DNA of 60,732 nucleotides, counting the filler, from a candidate division WOR-3 bacterium (GTDB lineage: Bacteria; SDB-A): the NCBI GenBank assembly GCA_016934535.1. It is 5 parts of 5 records of this genome, joined end to end, with 100 filler letters (N's around TTAATTAATTAA, not from the genome) between each part and the next. Parts side by side here need not be neighbours in the genome. Positions count along the whole stretch, not along the records: positions 13,980 to 25,721 come from JAFGSQ010000053.1; positions 25,822 to 42,610 come from JAFGSQ010000058.1; 3 more parts are not named here. One strand, given 5' to 3'. Position numbers and translations under genes: made by a program. The notes below the pieces were generated by a model that worked only from the letters and a program-made list of their open reading frames with translations, ran no database searches and was not told the DNA's origin. Below, piece after piece: positions 17,435 through 25,937 of the stretch (its first letter is position 1; every line of letters begins with the position of its first letter).

Positions 17435-19240
17435 TCACTCTTTTCTCAAATAATTGTCAATGTCGGAGGCGGCGTCTTTTGCGGCTCCCATGGCGAGAAT
17501 TACTGTAGCCGAGCCGGTCACGATGTCTCCGCCTGCCCAGACGCCCTCCAGAGAGGTTTTGCCGGTTTCCGGGTCAACATCAATGTAGCCCCATTTGTTC
17601 CTTTTCATGTCCTGAGTGCCCTGAAAAAGAACTTCATTGGGTCCCGTGCCTATTGCCATTATTACCATGTCGCAGCCAATTTCGTAATCGGATCCTTCCA
17701 AAGGTTCGGGTTTTCTTCTTCCTGAATCGTCGGGTTCGCCGAGTTTCATTTTTATACAGGTCAATCCGCTTACGTTTCCCCGTTTGTCCTGATTGATCGC
17801 TGTGGGATTTGTCAGGAGATGAAATTCTATTCCTTCGTGTTCTGCGTGGACGATCTCCTCTTTTCTTGCAGGCATTTCGTCTCTGGAACGTCTGTAAACA
17901 AGAGAGACTTTTTCGGTTCCGGGCGACCTGAGAGCCGTTCTCGCGCAGTCCATGGCGACATTTCCGCCTCCTACAACGGCGACCCTTCTTCCCCTCGGAT
18001 TGGGAGTGTCAAAACGCGGAAACATATATGCTTTCATCAGGTTCATTCTGGTGAGATATTCGTTTGCAGAAAATACGCCGGGTGCGTTTTCACCGGGTAT
18101 GTTCATAAACTTCGGCAGGCCTGCTCCTGTGGCTATATACACGGCGTTGAATCCGAGCTCGTCGAACAGTTCATTTATTGTGAATATTTTGCCAATAACA
18201 TGATTGGTTTTGAAAATGACTCCGAGTTTTTTCAAATAATCTATTTCCTGGCGGACGATTTCTTTCGGAAGACGGAACTCGGGAATTCCGTATACGAGAA
18301 CGCCTCCGAGTTCGTGAAGAGCTTCATAGACTACTACTTCGTGGCCGAATTTCACCATCTCGGAAGCCATTGTAAGACCGGACGGACCCGATCCGATGAC
18401 GGCGACTTTTTTTCCTGTTTTCGGGCATTTTGGCGGGATGTGAACTCCCATGGCTCTCTCGTAATCGGCTACGAATCTTTCGAGATTCCCTATAGCCACA
18501 GGTTCTTCGCTTCTTCCAAGTATGCATTTGGCTTCGCATTGTATTTCCTGGGGGCAGACTCTGCCGCAGATGGCGGGCAGCGAGTTGGTCTCCTTTATTT
18601 TCCTTATTGCGCCTATCATGTCATTTTCACGTATACAGCCTATGAATTCCTTAATGTCTATGTTTACAGGACAGCCTTCGATGCAGGTCGGCTTTTGACA
18701 TTGCATGCATCTGTAAGCTTCGAGTGCCGCCTGTTCCATTCGGAGACCAAGAGGAACTTCCTCAAAATTCTTTATTCTTATGTAAGGGTCCTGTTCTGTC
18801 ATTTTCTGCCTAGGTATGCGGATTTTAAGCCACCCTTCGTCCTCTTTTTCAAGTCCGTGCCAGGTACAGCCCTTTTTCGCGCAAATGTAAAAAGGAAGAA
18901 GGCGTGAATATGCCGAAACGAAGATTCTGGCAATTTTATGGTCTCCGAGCTCGCATTTTCTGGTCTCGACTATGAAAGATTGACTGCAATAAGGGCAAAA
19001 AATATCATCGGCTGTCGCTCCTTCCGGCATCTCTATCGTCAGCTCGACATCGAAAATATTGAGATAAGGGCTCAGTTTCAGTTTCCCTTTTTTACCTTCG
19101 TATTCGATCCCGACCTCAACGAATTCCGTTTGTTTCTGGGGATACTTCTTGTTAAGCCCTCTGTGGCAGTTCGGGCAGTAAGTCTGGAGTTTCGAGCCGT
19201 ATTTTATGTACTTAAAGTCAGTGATACTGTTCATAGACAC
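17435..19240 (-). CDS. NfnB/SudA-type (GltD-like) NADPH-dependent flavoprotein large subunit with an extra N-terminal Cys-rich domain
   Basis: RCMQCQKPTCIEGCPV, CGRVCPQEIQCE, VIGSGPSG, YGIPEFRLPK, VVGGGNVAMD, AGGDIVTG; ~135 extra N-terminal residues. Confidence 0.88.
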   Translation of the reverse strand: MSMNSITDFKYIKYGSKLQTYCPNCHRGLNKKYPQKQTEFVEVGIEYEGKKGKLKLSPYLNIFDVELTIEMPEGATADDIFCPYCSQSFIVETRKCELGDHKIARIFVSAYSRLLPFYICAKKGCTWHGLEKEDEGWLKIRIPRQKMTEQDPYIRIKNFEEVPLGLRMEQAALEAYRCMQCQKPTCIEGCPVNIDIKEFIGCIRENDMIGAIRKIKETNSLPAICGRVCPQEIQCEAKCILGRSEEPVAIGNLERFVADYERAMGVHIPPKCPKTGKKVAVIGSGPSGLTMASEMVKFGHEVVVYEALHELGGVLVYGIPEFRLPKEIVRQEIDYLKKLGVIFKTNHVIGKIFTINELFDELGFNAVYIATGAGLPKFMNIPGENAPGVFSANEYLTRMNLMKAYMFPRFDTPNPRGRRVAVVGGGNVAMDCARTALRSPGTEKVSLVYRRSRDEMPARKEEIVHAEHEGIEFHLLTNPTAINQDKRGNVSGLTCIKMKLGEPDDSGRRKPEPLEGSDYEIGCDMVIMAIGTGPNEVLFQGTQDMKRNKWGYIDVDPETGKTSLEGVWAGGDIVTGSATVILAMGAAKDAASDIDNYLRKE

Positions 19241-19243
19241 CGC

Positions 19244-20068
19244 CTATCTTATTGAAAAAAGAAGGGATTCCCGTTCCTGGATCATATAAGCTCTCAGCCT
19301 TTTCTCGAGTTCGTCGAAATCAACTTTGTGTCCGTCGAAGTCCGGTCCGTCAACACAGGCGAATTTCGTCTTTCCGTCCACCGTGCATCTGCACACTCCG
19401 CACATCCCGGTGCCGTCGAGCATAATGGGATTGAGGGAAACGAGGACCGGTATGTAGGGATTTTTTGCTGTTTCGACGCACGCGCGCATCATGGGTGTCG
19501 GCCCTATAGCGACAATCTGTTTGACGTCTTTTCTTTTTGAAATGACGTCTTTGAGGACATCGGTTACGAAACCTCTGATGCCGTATGAACCGTCGTCTGT
19601 GCAGGTGATAAGCTGGTGGCTGATCTGATTCATTTCTTTTTCCATTATTATCAGAGATTTTGTTCTGGCTCCGATAATTGAAATTATCTCGTTGCCCATT
19701 TCATATAATGCTTTTGTCAGATGGTGAAGGATTGCTATACCAGTTCCTCCTCCGACGCAGACGACCGTTCCGTACTTTTCGAGATGGGTCGGTTTGCCGA
19801 GAGGACCCACCACGTCTTTTATGTTTTCCCCAATTCCGAGATTCCGCAGTATCGCAGTCGTTTTCCCTATCACCTGAAAAATCAGCGTGATGGTGCCTTC
19901 TTCGACGTTTTTATCCGCAACGGTCAGTGGTATTCTTTCCCCTTCATTTGTGGCTTTGACTATTACGAATTGCCCGGGTTTCACTTTTCTAGCTATGTCT
20001 TGCGCCTTGACAGTAAACTGGCAAATCGTGTTCTCGGCCATGCTTGTCTTTTCGATAACAGGATACAT
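19244..20068 (-). CDS. NfnA/SudB-type FAD/NAD-binding [2Fe-2S] small subunit
   Basis: PGQFVI, ERIPLT, GPLG, GGGTG, TDDGSYG, DGTGMCGVCRC...CVDGPDF. Confidence 0.9.
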   Translation of the reverse strand: MYPVIEKTSMAENTICQFTVKAQDIARKVKPGQFVIVKATNEGERIPLTVADKNVEEGTITLIFQVIGKTTAILRNLGIGENIKDVVGPLGKPTHLEKYGTVVCVGGGTGIAILHHLTKALYEMGNEIISIIGARTKSLIIMEKEMNQISHQLITCTDDGSYGIRGFVTDVLKDVISKRKDVKQIVAIGPTPMMRACVETAKNPYIPVLVSLNPIMLDGTGMCGVCRCTVDGKTKFACVDGPDFDGHKVDFDELEKRLRAYMIQERESLLFSIR

Positions 20069-20077
20069 AAAGCTACT

Positions 20078-20926
20078 CTACCATTCCAGACTGTCTTCAA
20101 GTTCTATGAGTGCGAGATCTTCGTCGCTGACTCCGTGCCAGTGGCAGTTTTTTCTCGCGCAGAAAATGAAATCTACGAGTTTTGTCATTGCGGAAACCTT
20201 GAAAGACGCAGTTTTGGCTTCGCATTTTTTGCACGCAGTTTCGTCCAAGATCAATGTGTGACGGCAATGCGGACAGATGAGATCGGAAACTTCTTCGCCG
20301 TCGGGCAATTCTATTGTGGATTTGTGCGAAAACGAGTTAAGGTGGGGATCGAGAAACAGAAAACCTTCGGTGTTGTCCATGCCTTTGACCAAAAGCTTGA
20401 CCGTGTTCTTTTCATTCAGAGATCGTTCGCAGAACGGGCAGTAGCAGTAAAGGTATGCGCCGGAAGAAATAATCTCCTTATCGGGAGCAGGGTTGATGTT
20501 GTCTATCTTTATATCGGCGTTGCCGGCCCAACCGAATTTATCCTCGAACATTTTCGCGGCATGTTCCAGGTCCTTGAATTCGATGGAGTGGTTTTTACAA
20601 CCTCTTCTCGTGCAGAAATTTACAAGCCCCCCTTGTTCGAGAGCCACTGAACACAAAAGAGCCCCGCATGAAGAACAGGTGATTTCGTCGGCGAGATTTT
20701 CTCCGCAGTGAGGGCAGAAAAAATCAGCCGTTTTGCCGTGATTCATATCTACGCCAATTTCGTGAGAGTAATCTCCGTAAACTGAACTCAGCCGGACCCA
20801 CGATTTTTTCCCCTCAATTTTTACATCAAATAAAACACTCGGTTCCCCGTTTATTCTGTGAGCGGAATCCATCAGAGAAGCTCCGCACTTCGGACATTTT
20901 ACAGCAAGATTTATGTTGGTCAGCAT
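20078..20926 (-). CDS. hypothetical protein with two tandem Cys/His-rich modules
   Basis: Two copies of CPxC...CPxC...CxxC...Cx4Cx2H; RBS GGGAGG; first gene of the nfn operon. Confidence 0.8.
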   Translation of the reverse strand: MLTNINLAVKCPKCGASLMDSAHRINGEPSVLFDVKIEGKKSWVRLSSVYGDYSHEIGVDMNHGKTADFFCPHCGENLADEITCSSCGALLCSVALEQGGLVNFCTRRGCKNHSIEFKDLEHAAKMFEDKFGWAGNADIKIDNINPAPDKEIISSGAYLYCYCPFCERSLNEKNTVKLLVKGMDNTEGFLFLDPHLNSFSHKSTIELPDGEEVSDLICPHCRHTLILDETACKKCEAKTASFKVSAMTKLVDFIFCARKNCHWHGVSDEDLALIELEDSLEW

Positions 20927-21092
20927 ATCTTCCTCCCTTATTTGTCAAAAATATTTATGTGAACGGAATTTATAAGCCGGCAACATCTGAAGAAAATCGG
21001 CTTTTAAAGTATTTTTGTATTTCATATAAATTTAATCCAGAAAAAGTAAAACACTAAAAATCAATATTTTCAACTGAAAATTTGCTAATGCT

Positions 21093-22727
21093 CTAAGAGC
21101 GGAGGAAACCGCCTGTTTTGAAACATCTCCCCGAAATAAAAGATGTTACCGGAATTAATAAAATCCAGAAAATACACAAAAAAGTGAGAAATTGATTTGA
21201 GGGAGGCGAATTTGCTATCAAAGGTAAATTGAATATGAAAAGATCGCACAGGTAATGCGCCGAGACGACTGTGAGAAGATCGGTTTTCAGGTAAACCACC
21301 GACCAGAAAACTCCGATACATGTCATGACTAGTGCTCTGCCCCAAAAGGGTTCGGCGGGCGGGAGGAAGTTGAGAGTAGAATGAGTGAGGCCGTATACGA
21401 GTGAAGTAGCCAGAACTGCCGCAAAAGTGTTTTTGAACATTTTTTTGGTCAGCATGGTCCCGAAATGTCTGTAACCGGCCTCTTCGATTATGGCGATGAG
21501 CAGGAAATAAAGAGCCGAAGAAAGTGCGGGTATTCTGGAATTCAGTATGTAAAGATAAAATCCCCGGGGCTGGATGTCGTAGGAAGAGGGGAAAAAGGCC
21601 TTAAACCCAAGACACAGAAAAGCGTATATGCCGCCGCTTATCATCCCGATAAAAACCCCCTTGAGCAGGGAACGGCTTGCATCGGCGGACAAAATGTTTT
21701 TACTGAAAATTTTTTTGAAAGTTTCTTCCTTACGACTGTTTTCCGATACGGCCAGGATGTGTCCTGCAAAAAGTATGGAAATGAAAAGAACCAGAATCTG
21801 TATCTGTCCAATGACTTCAAAAACCGTCCATCTGACTGAAAAAAGAAACTTCGGCCAGAGGGGGTCCCATGAGGCGAAAATGATAGGGCTTTCGAGGAGT
21901 ATTGTGGCTAACCAGCAGAGCGACACGAGGATTATTACAGGTGAAAAAACAGGGACAAAATTGCCTGCTCCGTTCATTTTTCTGATGAGAGTGATAAAAG
22001 CGAAAATTCCTCCGGCGCTCATGGCTATGTAACCCAAAATCGTCAGCGACTCTCCTTTGCTTTGAACGGTTTTCAAAGAATCGGAAAAAGATGAAGGAAC
22101 ATACAGCCTCCTCTGAAATCCTGAAATATCTCTTCCCGCCATTGAAAAGACTGCGATTTCCCTGCAATTGTCGTCCGGAAACAAATATCTTTCGAAGATT
22201 ATTTCGTAATCGGTCCTGTTTATAAGGACGGTTCTGTTGATTCCTTTTTGCGTCCAACCTTCTGACGGAATGAATTTAACTGCAATTTCGACCGCTTCGT
22301 TTTCAGTGAGACTGTCGCCGGGCAAGTCGTCGTGTAGAATTCTTTTCCAGCTTATTACTCCTGAATCCGGGTGGCATGAGACGACAAAAAATTCACTGTT
22401 TCCCGGTTTTTTGAAATACAGGTCGTAGTAGTAAATTTTGGTACCGTTCCTTATGAGTCCCTGTGTCGTTTCTGTTCCGAGGGCGGATTCTGTGTATGAA
22501 AGGGCGTCTTCGTCGCATTTTAAAACGGCTTGGCATTCGTGCGAACTGAGGTCGTATCCGCAACTGCGCATGTGATTTCTTGCGGCAGATTCAATTTCGC
22601 CCGAAGGAATCGTCATATCTGCTATCGGGAAAAAGCGCGGCAGAGACCAGACAAAAAAAGAAAGCGAGAAAATTGAAATTGAAACGAAAAGAGTATTTTT
22701 TAGAAAATCAGAGTATTTTTTTTTCAA
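21093..22727 (-). CDS. CPBP/Abi family intramembrane metalloprotease with N-terminal soluble domain
   Basis: EEAGYR, YGLTH, SAHYLCD motifs in a multi-TM C-terminal half. Confidence 0.75.
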   Translation of the reverse strand: MKKKYSDFLKNTLFVSISIFSLSFFVWSLPRFFPIADMTIPSGEIESAARNHMRSCGYDLSSHECQAVLKCDEDALSYTESALGTETTQGLIRNGTKIYYYDLYFKKPGNSEFFVVSCHPDSGVISWKRILHDDLPGDSLTENEAVEIAVKFIPSEGWTQKGINRTVLINRTDYEIIFERYLFPDDNCREIAVFSMAGRDISGFQRRLYVPSSFSDSLKTVQSKGESLTILGYIAMSAGGIFAFITLIRKMNGAGNFVPVFSPVIILVSLCWLATILLESPIIFASWDPLWPKFLFSVRWTVFEVIGQIQILVLFISILFAGHILAVSENSRKEETFKKIFSKNILSADASRSLLKGVFIGMISGGIYAFLCLGFKAFFPSSYDIQPRGFYLYILNSRIPALSSALYFLLIAIIEEAGYRHFGTMLTKKMFKNTFAAVLATSLVYGLTHSTLNFLPPAEPFWGRALVMTCIGVFWSVVYLKTDLLTVVSAHYLCDLFIFNLPLIANSPPSNQFLTFLCIFWILLIPVTSFISGRCFKTGGFLRS

Positions 22728-23217
22728 AAAGACACCCTTTGAAGTTTGATTCGCACGTCGATAAAGCCCTCTTTTTAAGAGGGTGTTTCCAGTCAGGATT
22801 GATCTCCAACATGGCTATAACCGTAGCCGGTCTGGAGTCAAAACGCGGATGAGGAAGTATCAGCCTGTTGTCGGCGTAAATCCAGCCGTTGTAGTCGATA
22901 ATGTCAATGTCAATAATCCTCGGAGACCAGCGTTTAAGCCTGTCTCTTCCGATCTTGTTTTCAATTTCAGAAATTATGGAAAGCAGGGCAATCGGCGTGA
23001 GAGGTGTACGGACTTTTAAAACAGAAGTCAGGATTGACGGTCCTTCGGCTCCCAGAAATTCCTCTTCGTAAAGCGAGGATTCGGATTCGGCGAGGATTAA
23101 AGGCAGGGTTTTGAGAGCCGAAACCGCGAGCCGGTGATTAAATTCCCGCCATCCTTTATTTGAACCCACGCTAAGATAAACTTCTGCAGTAAACCGCATA
23201 GGTTCATATAATATCAC
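22708..23217 (-). CDS. folK: 2-amino-4-hydroxy-6-hydroxymethyldihydropteridine diphosphokinase (start possibly ATG 23199)
   Basis: YLSVGSN, SSLYE, IENKIGR...RWSPRIIDIDI, LILPHPR. Confidence 0.8.
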   Translation of the reverse strand: MILYEPMRFTAEVYLSVGSNKGWREFNHRLAVSALKTLPLILAESESSLYEEEFLGAEGPSILTSVLKVRTPLTPIALLSIISEIENKIGRDRLKRWSPRIIDIDIIDYNGWIYADNRLILPHPRFDSRPATVIAMLEINPDWKHPLKKRALSTCESNFKGCLFEKKIL

Positions 23218-23251
23218 GAATGAAGATTCGAGTCATCAGCACCCGGAATTT

Positions 23252-23653
23252 TCATCTCTCTATGTATATTCTGACTGTGTCTCCTTCCGAAGAAACCACG
23301 TTGACGAGGTCGTCATCCAAATCTTCCATTGATTCATCCAAGTTTAAAAGCAGTTCCTTGAGGTTTATTCCTTCTTCTTCCAGTTCGAGTGCAACATTTT
23401 GCGGCAACATTTTATCAATAGCTTTTACGAGTTTCAGGGGCACCGAAATCTTGACGTTGTCGCCGTCTGACGACACAACGTCAATCTTGATTTTTCCTTT
23501 GGCAGGATTGCCTGAAGGCATGATTTTTGCCTGTTTTTGTTTCTGAGACTCCGAAGATTTGGCTTCGCTGACTGCGTTTAGAAGTTTTTCGGCTTCCTCT
23601 GCCGTAATTTTGCCCTCGTTTAGCATTTCGAGTATTTTTGCTTTTTCGTTCAT
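23252..23653 (-). CDS. SHOCT-like domain protein (YvlB/LiaX N-terminus-like)
   Basis: EKAKILEMLNEGKITAEEAEKLL; VKISVPLKLV; DTVRIYIE; RBS AGGAGG. Confidence 0.75.
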   Translation of the reverse strand: MNEKAKILEMLNEGKITAEEAEKLLNAVSEAKSSESQKQKQAKIMPSGNPAKGKIKIDVVSSDGDNVKISVPLKLVKAIDKMLPQNVALELEEEGINLKELLLNLDESMEDLDDDLVNVVSSEGDTVRIYIER

Positions 23654-23662
23654 TTTATCCTC

Positions 23663-24103
23663 CTAAAATCTTATATTTACAACTACATCTTTTTTTGACA
23701 CCAGAGAAAAATTCAAGTCGTCTTTTATACCGAGAAGAGGCGCTTTTTTCACGAATAAATAAATATCGGCTGCCATCAGCAGAAAAGGTTTGAAAACCGA
23801 ATACCTGATTACGGCATGTTTGGATTTGACGAATACGTAAGAGTCGAAAATGCGCGAATTCGGTTCTAAACCGAAATTGAGAAGAACATATTCCAAAGCG
23901 CTTGCCGAAAGGTAAAACTGGATTATTATTAGAGCGGCGATGTTGAATTTTAAAGACGCCATGAAAAGCAGAACGAATAAAATGGCCGTCACTGCGTTGA
24001 GCGCCAATCCTGCCCATATGTTCTTTTTTATTATGACTCCTTTGACGACTCCGTAGAAAAACAGCGCCGGAAAGAAGTATAATGCCGCAAGCATTTTCGT
24101 CAC
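23663..24103 (-). CDS. hypothetical membrane protein
   Basis: Three N-terminal hydrophobic segments; 4-nt overlap with upstream gene. Confidence 0.65.
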   Translation of the reverse strand: MTKMLAALYFFPALFFYGVVKGVIIKKNIWAGLALNAVTAILFVLLFMASLKFNIAALIIIQFYLSASALEYVLLNFGLEPNSRIFDSYVFVKSKHAVIRYSVFKPFLLMAADIYLFVKKAPLLGIKDDLNFSLVSKKDVVVNIRF

Positions 24104-24999
24104 CTTATGGCTTTTATAAGTTTTTCTGCCGAGTCTGCGTCGAGTTTGCCCTGCGACACCATGTCGAGTATCTTTTCAATGTTTGCGGCGTTTTCATCTA
24201 TTTTAACTTCTTTTCTGTCGGGAAAATTGTCGAATTTTGAGAAGATCTTTCTGAATTTGGGTAGGTGAAAAGCGCTCATTTCGGCGAATTTATCGGAAAG
24301 TTTCGAAACATGGATTTTTTCTTTCGGATATTCACCTTCTATTTCGATTTCACCGTTGAGGGATTTTATGAACAATTCGGCTTCTCCGGAGTATTCATTC
24401 ACTGTCAAAGAAGTGTCTCCGGAAAGCGTCTTTATCTCCGAATTCTTTGAAAGTGAAAAAGATCCTTTTATGACTACGTCGCCTGAATAGCTTTTTAATT
24501 CGACGAAATTAATTGCCGCGTCCACTATCTCGATGTCACCGCTGTATATTTGTGTTCTCATGGAGCCCGAGTATGAATCGCATTTCAAATCGCCGCTGTA
24601 CACTTTGAAATCGGCGTCTGCTTTCGTCTTCCCTTTTAGGGACAGGTCGCCGCTGTAGACAAGAAATTTACCTTTAAAATTCATGTCTTTTGTCTCTACG
24701 TCGCCTCCGAAAGAAATCACGGATCCTTCGGTTTCCGTGAGAGACGGTATTTTTACGGTTACGAATTCGACGTCTGACGGCTCCCTGTGAAAGCTCCTCA
24801 TCCACGATTTCTCTTTTTTCTCTTTCAATTTCAGCTTTCCGTTTTCGAGGGTGACTTCAAATCTGTCTTCAGCGGCATTTTTTCTCAATTCATCGAATTC
24901 GACTTCAATGTCGTCTCTTTCTTCGAACGATATACTGAGATCGCTGTTTCTCAGGTTTATTTCTATTCCGAGGTTTCCCTCGGGTTTTGAGAAAGTCAT
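24100..24999 (-). CDS. DUF4097 (toast-rack) beta-strand repeat protein with C-terminal SHOCT-like motif
   Basis: Repeated 'YSGD' units; C-terminal NIEKILDMVSQGKLDADSAEKLIKAI; RBS AAGGAG. Confidence 0.75.
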   Translation of the reverse strand: MTFSKPEGNLGIEINLRNSDLSISFEERDDIEVEFDELRKNAAEDRFEVTLENGKLKLKEKKEKSWMRSFHREPSDVEFVTVKIPSLTETEGSVISFGGDVETKDMNFKGKFLVYSGDLSLKGKTKADADFKVYSGDLKCDSYSGSMRTQIYSGDIEIVDAAINFVELKSYSGDVVIKGSFSLSKNSEIKTLSGDTSLTVNEYSGEAELFIKSLNGEIEIEGEYPKEKIHVSKLSDKFAEMSAFHLPKFRKIFSKFDNFPDRKEVKIDENAANIEKILDMVSQGKLDADSAEKLIKAIR

Positions 25000-25023
25000 T
25001 TTTCGCTCCTTGTTAATTGCCCG

Positions 25024-25161
25024 TCAACGGACGGCTTGTTTGAGCAGGTTGTATTTATGTCCGAGATCAGCTCTTTTTCCCGAGAATAAAATTTCTCCCG
25101 TGATTGTTTTTCTGAAAAAGTTTCTCACGGCGCTGGATTGTCTTATTTTTTGAGATTTCAT
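25024..25161 (-). CDS. small ORF, 45 aa (MKSQKIRQSSAVRNFFRKTITGEILFSGKRADLGHKYNLLKQAVR)
   Basis: AAGGAG upstream of ATG; fills the gap within a co-directional operon; below the ORF-track cutoff. Confidence 0.5.
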   Translation of the reverse strand: MKSQKIRQSSAVRNFFRKTITGEILFSGKRADLGHKYNLLKQAVR

Positions 25162-25173
25162 TTTCGGCTCCTT

Positions 25174-25278
25174 TCACCAAATGAAAATTTTATTGCCGAT
25201 GAAGAATATTTCACCGTTTTTTATCTTTCTCGAATAAGTTCTCGAGAAAAATGATGTCCTGCCTCTTCTTGTTTTCAT
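25174..25278 (-). CDS. small ORF, 34 aa (MKTRRGRTSFFSRTYSRKIKTVKIFFIGNKIFIW)
   Basis: AAGGA right after the DUF2089 stop, then ATG; its stop abuts the RBS of the next small ORF. Confidence 0.45.
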   Translation of the reverse strand: MKTRRGRTSFFSRTYSRKIKNGEIFFIGNKIFIW

Positions 25279-25289
25279 TTTTTTTCCTT

Positions 25290-25646
25290 TCATTTTGATT
25301 TTTCAATTATTTCCATCGCCTGTTCGTAAGTGATCTTTCCTTCTTTGAGAAGATCGAGCACTCCGCCTACGTCGGTTCTTTCTTCGTCAGGGTTTTTATC
25401 GTCGACTCCGAGCGCGGATTTAGCTTCTCTCAAAAGGCTTTTGACTTTCGGATAGGAACAGTTCAAAATTTTTTCAACTTTTTTGATGTTTCCCTCGGTA
25501 AAAACAAATACTTTAATGAAATTAAAAATTTCTTCGGGAATGGACGGCGACGGATCGAAATCGCCTATAATGCGTATCTTACAATCAAGGCATTCGACCT
25601 CCTTTATTTTCATTTCTCTTTTGCAGTAAGGACATTTTTTTTCCAT
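25290..25646 (-). CDS. DUF2089 family protein (Zn-ribbon + HTH + SHOCT-like tail), probable regulator
   Basis: CPYC...CLDC, GNIKKVEKILNCSYPKVK, LDLLKEGKITYEQA; RBS AAGGAGG. Confidence 0.85.
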   Translation of the reverse strand: MEKKCPYCKREMKIKEVECLDCKIRIIGDFDPSPSIPEEIFNFIKVFVFTEGNIKKVEKILNCSYPKVKSLLREAKSALGVDDKNPDEERTDVGGVLDLLKEGKITYEQAMEIIEKSK

Positions 25647-25667
25647 GTTCGACCTCCTTTATATTCA

Positions 25668-25695
25668 AGTATAGCAAATATATTTATTTTGTCAA
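25668..25695 (-). promoter_or_regulatory. sigma70-type promoter of the DUF2089 operon
   Basis: TTGACA-N16-TATACT with extended -10 TGn, upstream of AAGGAGG. Confidence 0.6.
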
Positions 25696-25721
25696 GTAAA
25701 AATATTAATATAGTTAATATA

Positions 25722-25821
25722 NNNNNNNNNNNNNNNNNNNNNNNNNNNNNNNNNNNNNNNNNNNNTTAATTAATTAANNNNNNNNNNNNNNNNNNNNNNN
25801 NNNNNNNNNNNNNNNNNNNNN
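25722..25821. other. Artificial contig-join spacer
   Basis: N44-TTAATTAATTAA-N44. Confidence 0.97.
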
Positions 25822-25937
25822 ATATATTAAGTTAATTTATTTCCATTATTAAACTTTTTGGTCTGTAGATGAGATCCGGAGTCAGCCGGATATTATTTCA
25901 TTGCTTTTAGATGGATACAGAATTGGTAATTTATGAT

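Noticed and set aside
17819-18907. 362-aa plus-strand ORF
   Set aside because: Antisense shadow of the conserved NfnB-type gene; no recognisable motifs.
17435-19240. Calling this gene the glutamate synthase small subunit (gltD)
   Set aside because: No gltB nearby; it is paired with an NfnA/SudB-type gene, so NfnB/SudA is the better call.
19721-20650. 309-aa plus-strand ORF
   Set aside because: Antisense to two well-supported minus-strand genes; no recognisable motifs.
20927-21092. Rex operator upstream of the nfn operon (ATGTGAACGGAATTTATAA)
   Set aside because: Spacing and right half do not fit TTGTGAA-N4-TTCACAA, and the background is AT-rich.
24999-25161. The 45-aa small ORF is in frame with the DUF4097 gene and separated by one TGA, suggesting selenocysteine readthrough
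   Set aside because: The DUF4097 gene has its own AAGGAG RBS and ATG, there is no Cys-type motif at the TGA, and no SECIS-like hairpin lies downstream (the only hairpin has the TGA in its loop). A frame match has a one-in-three chance.
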